Counted from the first letter of the stretch, positions 27,356 to 37,263 are shown. The stretch: 44,112 bases of DNA from an uncultured virus (IMG/VR IMGVR_UViG_3300012274_000057) (IMGVR_UViG_3300012274_000057:186001-230112), one strand, 5' to 3'. A program made the numbers and translations. The notes: a model not told the origin generated them from the letters alone.

Positions 27356-29308
27356 ATGTTGCTAAAAAATTATATAGAAGGGTCAGATTTGACATTATTA
27401 AATACTTATTATTTATATCCACAAAAGAATGAAGAAACAGGAAAATGGAGTAAAGATTCAATCACTCTGATTTATAAAGATAATGTTACGGGACAAAAAC
27501 ATCATGAAACAATACATGAGCCAGATTATGAATTCTATATGGCAAAACCAGAAGAAATGATTGATCATAATATGCTCTTTATAGAAAAAGAGAAAGTACA
27601 AAAAATATCATCACCATATAGTAAATTAGAAAAAACAATAGCAGAAGCTACCGACAATCTACCATTTTATTATGATAATATAAAAAATGGTAATAGAAGA
27701 GCAAATCAAAGATTACATGACGATACGAGAATATTTGGTTCTGATAGTAATATAGAAGAGCACTATAGATTTAGATTTGATAATGAATATACAAATAGCA
27801 TCATACCTATATCTAAAGCATATTTCGATATAGAAGCAGATACTATTAATATGAAGGGAGATTTCCCAGAGCCAGGAGAGTGTCCAGTAAATGCAGTAAC
27901 ACTCATTAACGAAGCAACAAATAAAGTTTATGTATTTCTATTAAGAAATCCAAATAATCCTTTAATAGAAGAATTTGAAAAATCTATAAATAATGATTTA
28001 TTTGTAGAATTAAAAGACTTTATAAGAGATTCAGTTGGAGGGTATAAAAAAGAGATAAAATATGGATTAGATAAATTACAATATGAGTTTCTTTTTTATG
28101 ATGAAGAAATAGATTTATTACAAGAGTTATTTTTAGCAATAAATACATTACAACCAGACTTTATAATGGCATGGAACATGGCATTCGATATGCCATATAT
28201 GATTCAGAGAATTAAAAATTTAGGTTATTCAGCAGAATCTATAATCTGTCATCCAGATTTTGAGGTTAAGGTTTGTAAATATAAAATAGATGAAAATGCA
28301 GATATATTATCCGAAAGGGGAGATGATGCAACAATTAGTTCTTATACAAAATATATAGATCAATTAATACAATTTGCATCTAGAAGAAAAGGTCAAGGAG
28401 TATTCTCAAACTTTAAATTAGACTCCATAGGAAATCTAACTGTAGGGGTTAAAAAATTAGATTATTCTCATATCACTACTAGTATAGCAAAATTACCATA
28501 TTTAAATTATAAGGTGTTTGTTTTTTATAATATCATAGACGTAATTGTTCAAAAATGTATAGAATCAAAAGTTGGTGATATAGACTATACTTTTAATAAA
28601 TGTCTAATAAATAATACAAGATATAATAAAGCACATAGACAAACTGTATATCTCGTAAATAGAGGAAAAAAAGAGTTTTATACAGATGGGTTTATAATGG
28701 GAAATAATACAAATAGGAAAAACGCTAAGCCAACAGAAAAATTCCCAGGTGCATTTGTTGCAGACCCAATGAAATTAGATGATTATGCTAAATTAAAACG
28801 ATATGGATTGCCAGTAAACATATTTAATAATTCTGATGACTTTGACTATAAATCACTATATCCAAGTATAATGAGAGAATTTAATATTGCACCTCATACA
28901 CAAATAGGAAGAATCGATATATTGGATAAGATGTATAACAATGAAGATCCATTTAATAATAAATATTATAATAGAGGTGGAGCATTTATAGAAGATTTAC
29001 ATTCGGGGGTATTTTTACAATTTGGTCATAGGTGGTTAGGACTAGCACAGTATAGCGATTTATATAAGGATATATTAGAATACTTTACTAAAAGAGCATT
29101 TAGTGCTAATCCAGTGTTTATGTTTAACGATAAAGGTCAAGTTCCTATGGTTAGATTTAGGCAAGAAGGACAAATGATGAAGATGGTTTCATTTGATGAA
29201 GGTAAACAAAGAATGGTTTATAAATATTATCAAAAACCAGATTATCAAAATATATATGATAATATAAATAGAAATGGGGTTGCTATAGGTGTTGGTACAA
29301 TTGAATAA
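27356..29308 (+). CDS. family B DNA polymerase, exonuclease + motif A part (split polymerase)
   Basis: ExoI YFDIEAD, ExoII AWNMAFDMPY, ExoIII YNIIDV, FPGAFV, motif A DFDYKSLYPS; no KxxxNSxYG or DTDS; AACA-N6-TA at 27295-27306. Confidence 0.9.
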   Translation: MLLKNYIEGSDLTLLNTYYLYPQKNEETGKWSKDSITLIYKDNVTGQKHHETIHEPDYEFYMAKPEEMIDHNMLFIEKEKVQKISSPYSKLEKTIAEATDNLPFYYDNIKNGNRRANQRLHDDTRIFGSDSNIEEHYRFRFDNEYTNSIIPISKAYFDIEADTINMKGDFPEPGECPVNAVTLINEATNKVYVFLLRNPNNPLIEEFEKSINNDLFVELKDFIRDSVGGYKKEIKYGLDKLQYEFLFYDEEIDLLQELFLAINTLQPDFIMAWNMAFDMPYMIQRIKNLGYSAESIICHPDFEVKVCKYKIDENADILSERGDDATISSYTKYIDQLIQFASRRKGQGVFSNFKLDSIGNLTVGVKKLDYSHITTSIAKLPYLNYKVFVFYNIIDVIVQKCIESKVGDIDYTFNKCLINNTRYNKAHRQTVYLVNRGKKEFYTDGFIMGNNTNRKNAKPTEKFPGAFVADPMKLDDYAKLKRYGLPVNIFNNSDDFDYKSLYPSIMREFNIAPHTQIGRIDILDKMYNNEDPFNNKYYNRGGAFIEDLHSGVFLQFGHRWLGLAQYSDLYKDILEYFTKRAFSANPVFMFNDKGQVPMVRFRQEGQMMKMVSFDEGKQRMVYKYYQKPDYQNIYDNINRNGVAIGVGTIE

Positions 29309-29918
29309 ACAACAATTAAAAGAGTTAATAACCGAAGCAAAAAAAATCAAGTCTGATATAATTTATATCAGACCTGATGGAAATATATATGGTACAGATA
29401 TAAATTTCTTTCATCTAAAATCAAGTACGACATCAATATTGGGTTTTGAATTATGCTATCTGTCTAAAGATATGGATGCTTTTATTAAAAATATAGATGA
29501 TATAGCAGTGGAGAAAATAATTATAAATGGTATAAATATGATAGCAGAAAATGGTGCAGTAGTTCAAGTATTAAATCCATTTTCTATAAATGAAATTAAT
29601 AATAAAATTATTAGATTATCATATATGATAAATAATCCAATAATTTATACAAATGAATCATTACAAGAAGATGATGTATTTCAATCTATAATATCTTTAA
29701 AAACGTCGGATGGTTCTACTATATATAAAATTGATTATATTTATATGATGTCTGTATTTAAAACCTTATTACCAATTAATAAAGGAGATAAAGTCTTATT
29801 AAATATAATTGATATAGGTCAAGAAAGATTTTTATCAAATTTCACTGTAGTAAAAAAGAAAAATGTTATAATAAATATATACTATATTATGAGATATTTA
29901 AATACATCAAATCGATAA
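29289..29918 (+). CDS. hypothetical protein, possible sliding clamp/processivity factor
   Basis: overlaps the polB stop; 209 aa; two-fold alpha/beta pattern with a PCNA-like opening (LKELITEAKKIKSDIIYIRPDGNIYGTD); function is inference. Confidence 0.4.
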   Translation: MLVQLNKQQLKELITEAKKIKSDIIYIRPDGNIYGTDINFFHLKSSTTSILGFELCYLSKDMDAFIKNIDDIAVEKIIINGINMIAENGAVVQVLNPFSINEINNKIIRLSYMINNPIIYTNESLQEDDVFQSIISLKTSDGSTIYKIDYIYMMSVFKTLLPINKGDKVLLNIIDIGQERFLSNFTVVKKKNVIINIYYIMRYLNTSNR

Positions 29919-29945
29919 AGATTTGATGTATTTAACATCTAATTA
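29898..29945 (+). promoter_or_regulatory. 16-bp inverted repeat abutting the late promoter of the portal gene
   Basis: TTAAATACATCAAATC-GATAAA-GATTTGATGTATTTAA, then AACA-TCTAAT-TA 29934-29945. Confidence 0.6.
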
Positions 29946-29977
29946 AGTAATACTAATTATTTAAGGGGGAACTTCAC

Positions 29978-32221
29978 ATGGCTAAAAACAAAGAAAATTC
30001 TATAAATAAAAACCTTGTGGTCTCGTTAATGAAAAATATACAAGGTAATATACAAAATATATACAGAAATACTCATATAACTTCCACAACGAATATGAAT
30101 GATATGAATAGTATAAAGGCATCGATTGATAAATCTATGGATAATATATCTATGAGGAATGTAGATGCTGTCGGTTCTACATCAATATCTTCCTTGTATG
30201 CAAGAATACAAGATAAAAATGGAGGTAGTATTGCAGATACTAAATTTACTAATGAAGTACAATCAATATTTGAAGATAAAATGCTTACAGATACATTGGC
30301 TATGGCATTCGCAGACAACAAAGATCTAAAAGAATACGATGAAGAAATAGATACAATATGTAAATATATGTCTTCATTAGATGATGCTCTAGAAGCAAAG
30401 AAGGATAATGTTTTATCAGCTGATCACTTTTCTAAGGATTTTTTAAATGCTAGAAACGCTTCTAATATGGATAATATAAATTTATTTAGTAGCAGAATAA
30501 AAGAAATGAAGAAAAAATATAATCTCTTAGAGTTTTTAGAGGATACTTATGATAATACTAGTAGATACGGCGAAGACTTTATATATATGGTAGACTATAA
30601 CAAAGCATTAAAAAAATTATTAGCTACAAAAAATAGTTCTATATTACGCTCTAATTTATATTCAACTAATGAGTCTGCTAAAATAAATGATCAAGGAATT
30701 ATAACAGAAACTTTTAGTTTTAAGAATATGTATGATGAAAATAATACATCCGAGAGTGGAAAAACAGACATACCTACAGGGGAATTTAAATGTACAATGA
30801 ATGTTACAGGTATATTAACAGAATCAGTAGAACAGCATCAAAATCTTAAAAATATAATTGAAAAGACGAATAATATACACAAAAAGTTTGATAATATATT
30901 TACAGATAAACAAGAATATGACTTAGAAGGTCCAAATAATTCTACATCTTTAGATGGTACTATAGACATGAACAGAAATAATAAAGATAAAGTTGATATT
31001 AATGTTCCAGGCTGTATCATAAAGAGAATACCAAGGGAGAATATCATTGTTGTATATATAGATCAAGTATGTCTAGGATATTATTATTTGGAATTTGATA
31101 TGAAAAATATGATTAAAAATGTTTCTTCTTCTGATCCTTTAGTTGGATTTAAAACTGCATTAAATAGAGTTGAAGCTAATAATGATACTAAAGAACAATC
31201 TTTAAAATTTATAGCTTCTAAATTATCATCATTTATAGATAGACAGTTTATTAATAACAATCAAGATTTAAGAGAAGAAATATATATGATATTAAAGTAT
31301 AATGATATTAGTATTAATAGTATGAATGAAGTAAAAATAACTTTTATACCTCCTGAAGATATGGTACATGTATACTTTGAGAAAGACCCAAAAACAAATA
31401 GAGGTATATCTGATTTACACAAGTCTCTCGTACCAGCTAAATTCTTTGTTTCTTTATATGTAACTACTTGGTTAGGAATTATAACAAGAGGTTATGATAA
31501 AAGAGTATATTATGTAAAGCAAAATGTAGATACTAATATAGCTAAAGTACTATTAAATACTGTTAATCAAATCAAAAAATCCAACTTTGGAGCTAGAGAA
31601 ATTTCTAGTATTAAAACATTATTAAATATAGGTGGCAGATACCAAGATATGATAGTTCCAATGAATGCAACAGGCGAAAGCCCTATGAACTTTGAGATTA
31701 TGCAAGGTCAAAATATAGAAATTAAAACCGAACTATTAGATATGCTAGAACAAATGGCTATAAATTCTACGGATGTACCTTACGATTACGTTCAATCTAG
31801 AAAAAATGTAGACTATGCTGTACGATTAACAATGTCGAGTGGTAAGTTTTTAAGAAAGGTATTTAAAAGGCAATCTAAAACACAAGTCTTCTTTAGTAGA
31901 ATATTTACTAAATTATATAATACCGAATACGATGAGAATGATATTATAGAAATAGAATTACCGCCACCATCATTCTTAAATCTTATTAATACACAACAAG
32001 TTATAGCTAGTACTAAAGAACAAGTTATGGAAATTGTTGAAATGGAAGCATCTCAAGAAGAACAAGATGTTCAAGATATGTTTAAAAATAAATTAATGAA
32101 ACATTATTTAGGAGGTCATCTAGATCTTAAAGCAATCGATGATATTAAGAAACAAGCTAAGATGGAAATAACAAAAGAGAGAGATTTAAAAAAGGCTGAG
32201 CAAGAAGCGTCTAATAATTAA
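29978..32221 (+). CDS. portal protein
   Basis: 747 aa; SRYGEDF, ITRGYDKRVYYV (cf. T4 gp20 ITRAPDRRVWYVD), STDVP; late promoter; next to sheath/tube. Confidence 0.7.
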   Translation: MAKNKENSINKNLVVSLMKNIQGNIQNIYRNTHITSTTNMNDMNSIKASIDKSMDNISMRNVDAVGSTSISSLYARIQDKNGGSIADTKFTNEVQSIFEDKMLTDTLAMAFADNKDLKEYDEEIDTICKYMSSLDDALEAKKDNVLSADHFSKDFLNARNASNMDNINLFSSRIKEMKKKYNLLEFLEDTYDNTSRYGEDFIYMVDYNKALKKLLATKNSSILRSNLYSTNESAKINDQGIITETFSFKNMYDENNTSESGKTDIPTGEFKCTMNVTGILTESVEQHQNLKNIIEKTNNIHKKFDNIFTDKQEYDLEGPNNSTSLDGTIDMNRNNKDKVDINVPGCIIKRIPRENIIVVYIDQVCLGYYYLEFDMKNMIKNVSSSDPLVGFKTALNRVEANNDTKEQSLKFIASKLSSFIDRQFINNNQDLREEIYMILKYNDISINSMNEVKITFIPPEDMVHVYFEKDPKTNRGISDLHKSLVPAKFFVSLYVTTWLGIITRGYDKRVYYVKQNVDTNIAKVLLNTVNQIKKSNFGAREISSIKTLLNIGGRYQDMIVPMNATGESPMNFEIMQGQNIEIKTELLDMLEQMAINSTDVPYDYVQSRKNVDYAVRLTMSSGKFLRKVFKRQSKTQVFFSRIFTKLYNTEYDENDIIEIELPPPSFLNLINTQQVIASTKEQVMEIVEMEASQEEQDVQDMFKNKLMKHYLGGHLDLKAIDDIKKQAKMEITKERDLKKAEQEASNN

Positions 32222-32233
32222 AAAACAAAGTAA

Positions 32234-32266
32234 AGACTATACGGAAATTCCGTATAGTCTATTTTT
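32234..32266. terminator. bidirectional terminator
   Basis: AGACTATACGGA-AAT-TCCGTATAGTCT between convergent portal and tube genes. Confidence 0.8.
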
Positions 32267-33053
32267 ATCTTTTTGTAGGTATTTTCTGAGTACCAGTATA
32301 CTCAAAGTTACTAGAATCAAGAGTAATCTTATTAGGATTTTCTGTAGAATTCATCCAGTCTAAAGCAGCTTGTGCTTTTTGGTATATTACTTCTCCTTTT
32401 ACAGGGAAACAGTTAAATTCAACACTTAATTCTTTATTTCCTATCTCTCCTTTTTCAGAGTTATAAATATTAGTCTCAGCTGTAGTTGGCTGACCAGCTA
32501 ATAGTAAATAAGATTTTTCTATTTTTCTAAATGTGTTATCAGTAACACCATATAGTAATATAAAAGTCTCATTTTCATAACCGTCTTCTAATTTACCTTG
32601 CTCAATTAAGCCATGATAAGTCTTAACTTGAGTTCTTGGATCTTTAATCCCAGTAAGGAATAATTCATGAAGTTTAGTTATAGTAGAACCACTCTTCTCA
32701 AAGAATCTCATTTGAACTTGAGAAGCAGACTGCTCCATTACTTTACTTATAATATTTAATGTAGAAATACCATTAGTATTATCTAATGTCTCAGATGTAA
32801 TATTTTCTATTCCATCTAAGCCTCTAAATTCATATTCTAGAATATGTGTATAGTTATCTAAAAGATTCCTATATTCTGTATTCTCTGAAGCAAGCATTTC
32901 TAAAAATTTAGGTACTTGGCAAACTATTAAAAAGGAGTAGCCTGTTTCATAGTTATTGAATTGAGCCAAATTACCAAAGTCAGTAACACCTTGCATAAGC
33001 TTATATTGTGTTAAGTTTCTTGGTTGTTTAGTTCCTGAGAACATTGAAGCCAT
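32265..33053 (-). CDS. tail tube protein
   Basis: directly downstream of the sheath gene; 262 aa; beta-rich, GIKDPRTQ. Confidence 0.7.
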   Translation of the reverse strand: MASMFSGTKQPRNLTQYKLMQGVTDFGNLAQFNNYETGYSFLIVCQVPKFLEMLASENTEYRNLLDNYTHILEYEFRGLDGIENITSETLDNTNGISTLNIISKVMEQSASQVQMRFFEKSGSTITKLHELFLTGIKDPRTQVKTYHGLIEQGKLEDGYENETFILLYGVTDNTFRKIEKSYLLLAGQPTTAETNIYNSEKGEIGNKELSVEFNCFPVKGEVIYQKAQAALDWMNSTENPNKITLDSSNFEYTGTQKIPTKR

Positions 33054-33067
33054 TATTCAGCACCTCC

Positions 33068-34909
33068 TTAATTAAATGCGTAAACTTTAAAGTACTCTGT
33101 TTGAACGAAGTCTTTAAATTTAACGTGAATTGCAGCATAGTAAACTTTGTTAGCTATCATAGTTTCATCTTTTAGATATTCTAATTTTAACGTAACAAAA
33201 TTATTTGAATATTTATCAAGTACAGATTGACAATCTTCTTGGTATTTTTCTAAGTCTTGACCAGTAATAAAACTGTATCTAATCTTAGGACATCTAGTTC
33301 TTAATGCCTTAACTACTTCTTGTATAGCCAATACATTATTAGCATAAGAGAATTGAGAATCTAACTCTTGAGAAGTATAAAGAGTTTCAACAGTTAATAC
33401 ACCATCTATATAACTAGCATAGTTAACTCTTAAATCTTCTAATAATTCTTTTTGATTATAAGATGGAGTTATTTTTGGTAAGAAATTTACTGTTCCTTCT
33501 ATAGCTTCATTTATAACCATATTGTGAAGTTGTCCAGCTATTGGACGACTCCTTCCATTTCTAAAGTGTTCTATCAACAATCTGGATAAACTGTAAGTTA
33601 TTGTTACAGGTATTTGTTTCTTAGTAAATGGATCTAAGATATCATATGAAGTAAGATAAGTTAAATTAAACTTATTTTTCATATATTCAGAAACTGCTGA
33701 TTTGATTTCTTCAAATGTACGAATACCAATACCTATATCTCTTAAGAATATAGCATCTTCTCTAAATGTAGCTAATTTTTCTATTTCTTTTTTTACTTCT
33801 AGAGGATAGTTAGCATCCATTATAAGATCTATTTTGTAGTTATCTAAATCATATATTTCATTTGAGAATTCTCCATTAAAGAATTTCTTTAATTCATTTG
33901 TATAAGCTTGAGTTCCAAATGGTATTTCATTAAATAAACCATTAGAACCATGTTCTAAATCTATTCCATAAGCATATGAAAGATTTATAGCATCTTCAGA
34001 CTCTAAATCTACTTTAATATTACTCATAGCATTAGAATTTCTTTCTTTACCAAATAGTATATCTTGATTTAAGCAATAATCAAAATCATTTTTGCTTATT
34101 TCAGCAACTTTAGATAAGAACTTAACTAAATTAGCTTCAAACATTACACAATCTAATTGATTAGATGTAGATTTTATTACAGTTTGAATAGATCTATTTG
34201 TGCCAGCTTCTATTATATCTGGATTCATAGTAAATATAAGGGTCTCTATTTTATTAGAGTTCTCAATTACTTGGAATTCATATTTCATATATCCAGCTTG
34301 CTTAGAATTATTGTAATCTGGTGATACTCTAATTCTCTTTTGACTTAACCCTCTACCATTATCTGTTACTACAAATAAAGGATAAGTAAATGTTCCAGTA
34401 GCACCTACTTCATCAAGCATAGCTTCAATAGAAGTTTCTACAGTATCTATTTTCTTAGCACCTTCTACAGCATTACATGTATAAGATACATTAGCAATAG
34501 TAATCATTAATGGTGTATTACCTGTTACAGTTGTAGTTTCTTGTCCAGAAACACTATCTGTATATAATAATTCTCCAGCAGGATTTTTCTTCTGAACTTC
34601 TTCAGATTTAACTTTAGCAACTACTGCTAAGTTTGCAAGTGTAGAGTCTTCAGCTACTACCCTTTTTGCTAATATAGTACCACCATTAGCTATGATATTA
34701 TTAGCTTGTAATAATGGTTGACCATGTTTTATAAATGATATATCTGTTCCGTATAGTTTGTAAAATAAATCACCTTTTACTGTTCTTAATTCTTCAGGAC
34801 CTTTAGATGAACTAAATGCAGTTAAGAACAATGGTTCTGATACTTCAGGTTTAGTTATCACAGGACTTGTAGAATTGTCAATTAATTCAAATATAGTTGA
34901 CGGAATCAT
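33068..34909 (-). CDS. contractile tail sheath protein
   Basis: 613 aa; SSKGPE, FYKLYG, GGTILAKRVV, DANYP, REDA, sheath-like C-terminus; AACA-N6-TA at 34960-34949. Confidence 0.85.
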   Translation of the reverse strand: MIPSTIFELIDNSTSPVITKPEVSEPLFLTAFSSSKGPEELRTVKGDLFYKLYGTDISFIKHGQPLLQANNIIANGGTILAKRVVAEDSTLANLAVVAKVKSEEVQKKNPAGELLYTDSVSGQETTTVTGNTPLMITIANVSYTCNAVEGAKKIDTVETSIEAMLDEVGATGTFTYPLFVVTDNGRGLSQKRIRVSPDYNNSKQAGYMKYEFQVIENSNKIETLIFTMNPDIIEAGTNRSIQTVIKSTSNQLDCVMFEANLVKFLSKVAEISKNDFDYCLNQDILFGKERNSNAMSNIKVDLESEDAINLSYAYGIDLEHGSNGLFNEIPFGTQAYTNELKKFFNGEFSNEIYDLDNYKIDLIMDANYPLEVKKEIEKLATFREDAIFLRDIGIGIRTFEEIKSAVSEYMKNKFNLTYLTSYDILDPFTKKQIPVTITYSLSRLLIEHFRNGRSRPIAGQLHNMVINEAIEGTVNFLPKITPSYNQKELLEDLRVNYASYIDGVLTVETLYTSQELDSQFSYANNVLAIQEVVKALRTRCPKIRYSFITGQDLEKYQEDCQSVLDKYSNNFVTLKLEYLKDETMIANKVYYAAIHVKFKDFVQTEYFKVYAFN

Positions 34910-34968
34910 ATAAAGTTACCTCCTTTTATTATTTATAAATTATAACCTTATTCATATGTTATATTGCA

Positions 34969-35691
34969 TTAAGTCGTTAGTAACTTTTCCAATGGGGTGT
35001 ATTTTGGATTTTCATTTAACATAGCATACATCAATGATTCATCCCAATTTTCACTAGTAATAGATGCAGAAGGTGAAACATATTTAGGAATAGATTTAAC
35101 ACTTATACCACTATATGCATTCATATCTTTCATATTTGTATGCCTAAATAGGATTTTAGGGTTATTTATATCTCTGAAGGATTCTGATATCATAATACCA
35201 AATAATTGTGCAGTTATACCATAGTCAGCTCCATTCAAACGAATATTCTCTAAAAAATAATTTTGTATTTCATTATATGGTATTGTATTTGGAAGCTTAC
35301 CACTATTAAATATTTTAAAAAATTCTTCAGCATTGTCTACCATTTGTGGAACTTTAACGGATACTATAACTTGATCACCTTGTTTAAATTTTAATAATCT
35401 GTAATCTTGTTCTGGTGAATTTTTAGTCAATTTTACATTTTTAGATTTCTCCATTTCGCTTGGTCTTGCTAAGAATACTGTAGGAAATCTAAATTGTTTT
35501 AACCCAGAACTTTTTCCTTTTTCATCAAAGACAGCATAGTCTAATACTCCTATTAAATTTACATAATCGCCTACCATTAATGCAAATTTTCTTTCAAAAT
35601 ACATCTCAGGAACATAGAAAACTAGTTCCCCTTTTTGATTAAATAATAAAGAATCTTTATCCCTCTTAAGAAATTTTGGTACATCATACAT
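34969..35691 (-). CDS. probable RNAP beta' extreme C-terminal piece (virion RNAP)
   Basis: GITAQLFGIMISESFR...SPSASITSENWDESLMYAM..PLEKLL parallels RpoC INDKHIEVIVRQMLR...SFISAASFQETTRVLTEAA..GLKENV; late promoter 35718-35707. Confidence 0.55.
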   Translation of the reverse strand: MYDVPKFLKRDKDSLLFNQKGELVFYVPEMYFERKFALMVGDYVNLIGVLDYAVFDEKGKSSGLKQFRFPTVFLARPSEMEKSKNVKLTKNSPEQDYRLLKFKQGDQVIVSVKVPQMVDNAEEFFKIFNSGKLPNTIPYNEIQNYFLENIRLNGADYGITAQLFGIMISESFRDINNPKILFRHTNMKDMNAYSGISVKSIPKYVSPSASITSENWDESLMYAMLNENPKYTPLEKLLTT

Positions 35692-35742
35692 AATTTATCA
35701 TCTCCTTATTCTATTGTTATATTTGTAAATTTGGCAAAAAAT

Positions 35743-35771
35743 AAAAGCGTAGGTATTATCCTACGCTTTTT
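35743..35771 (-). terminator. intrinsic terminator
   Basis: AAAAGCGTAGG-TATTAT-CCTACGCTTTT. Confidence 0.8.
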
Positions 35772-35772
35772 A

Positions 35773-36180
35773 TTAAATAAAATTATCATGTCTGTGAAGC
35801 ATTATTAAATAATCATATGATTCAAGTATATCTTTATACTCCTCATAAAACTGTTCAGATAGATCCTGGTATCTACATAATAAGTTTGGAGCTATCCTTT
35901 TAAAATGTTTTCTTAAAAAGATTTCCGATAATCTATGATGCCTACATAATAAATTTAAGTCAAATTTATCAATATATTTTTCTATAAAGTTTTCAGATAA
36001 ATTATGTTGATATCTAGCCACTCTACTAAAATCTAATTTGTCTAAATTTTCCTCTAATAAATTTTCTGGAAATTCTTCTCTAACTCTTAATGCTGTACAC
36101 CAATCTATAGTACCATTAGATATCTCTTCTTCTAGTTCCTTTACTGACATCGTGTTATAATCTTTAATTAAACTTTCCAT
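35773..36180 (-). CDS. short helical-repeat protein (tryptophan-repeat-like)
   Basis: about 4 repeats of about 24 aa, LSExFIEKYxDKxDxxxLCRYQ. Confidence 0.75.
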   Translation of the reverse strand: MESLIKDYNTMSVKELEEEISNGTIDWCTALRVREEFPENLLEENLDKLDFSRVARYQHNLSENFIEKYIDKFDLNLLCRHHRLSEIFLRKHFKRIAPNLLCRYQDLSEQFYEEYKDILESYDYLIMLHRHDNFI

Positions 36181-36204
36181 AATTTAAGCCCCCCTAATAT
36201 TTAA

Positions 36205-36537
36205 TTATTTTTTCATATATTTATATACTTTATAATTCAAATACATGAAGAATATTATGTCTAATAAACATATTAAAATAGCAATAATCATTAATAAATT
36301 CATATTTGATATTGCTGCTATCATATTACGTGTTATAAATGTATTAAGAAATGGTATAATACATACTTCAATAAATAAAATAACCCATAACTTAATTAAT
36401 AATTCAATATGACCATTATACAATGCAATAAATGAACAAGTTGCAGCAACCAGAATAGATACTACTCCAATTGAATACATAGTGATTAATAATGTGACAA
36501 ATACTCCAAAAATCCCTGCCAAAAAATCAAAATTCAT
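36205..36537 (-). CDS. small multi-pass membrane protein
   Basis: about 3 hydrophobic segments; RBS AGGGGGA; early motif at 36596-36583. Confidence 0.7.
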   Translation of the reverse strand: MNFDFLAGIFGVFVTLLITMYSIGVVSILVAATCSFIALYNGHIELLIKLWVILFIEVCIIPFLNTFITRNMIAAISNMNLLMIIAILICLLDIIFFMYLNYKVYKYMKK

Positions 36538-36616
36538 GTTTATCCCCCTTTTTTAATTTTAATAATACTCTTTTTCCATAATTATAATATATAATTTAGT
36601 TTTGTTTTATAATTAA

Positions 36617-36940
36617 TTATATATCTTTTTTATCATCTTCATATATATATTTATTATTATTTAATAACTTTGACATATAATATAAATTTAAAGATATTAT
36701 AAGTATCTTTAAAAATAAATATAATATATTTTGGTTACATACTATAGTTATCAACAATAGCCCTATTGTACTAATAATAATAAATATTATATAATCTCTT
36801 AAAAATCGTTTATTTATAGTAATAGAAAGCATGGATGGTATGGTATAAAATAGGTCTATCCCTATACTAATTATTAATACCCAACTTAATGTAATTATGC
36901 CTAAATATATTACACTGATTATCCCGTTTATTGAATTCAT
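36617..36940 (-). CDS. small multi-pass membrane protein
   Basis: about 3 hydrophobic segments; ATGA overlap with the upstream gene. Confidence 0.7.
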   Translation of the reverse strand: MNSINGIISVIYLGIITLSWVLIISIGIDLFYTIPSMLSITINKRFLRDYIIFIIISTIGLLLITIVCNQNILYLFLKILIISLNLYYMSKLLNNNKYIYEDDKKDI

Positions 36941-37263
36941 TTCTGCACATCCTCCTTATTATTTATATATTTATCATGTATTAATATATTATAATAACCA
37001 AATTTATATATTGCAATTGAAATAATAATTTGCAATAACCCCATTTTAATTGGTGATGTTGTAGTAAGTGTCCCATTAAAATATTTCCACATTGTAACAA
37101 CTAAAAGTATCTGTAATATTATAGCTACACATTGTACAAATGCTAATAATTTAAATTTAGATATATAATGTAAGTCATATATAAGCATAAGTATGTTTAT
37201 CAAAGATGAAATTAAAGATTGAACTATTAACATTATGGTAAGAAATACTATAATCTTATTCAT
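36937..37263 (-). CDS. small multi-pass membrane protein
   Basis: about 3 hydrophobic segments; RBS AGGAGG. Confidence 0.7.
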   Translation of the reverse strand: MNKIIVFLTIMLIVQSLISSLINILMLIYDLHYISKFKLLAFVQCVAIILQILLVVTMWKYFNGTLTTTSPIKMGLLQIIISIAIYKFGYYNILIHDKYINNKEDVQK

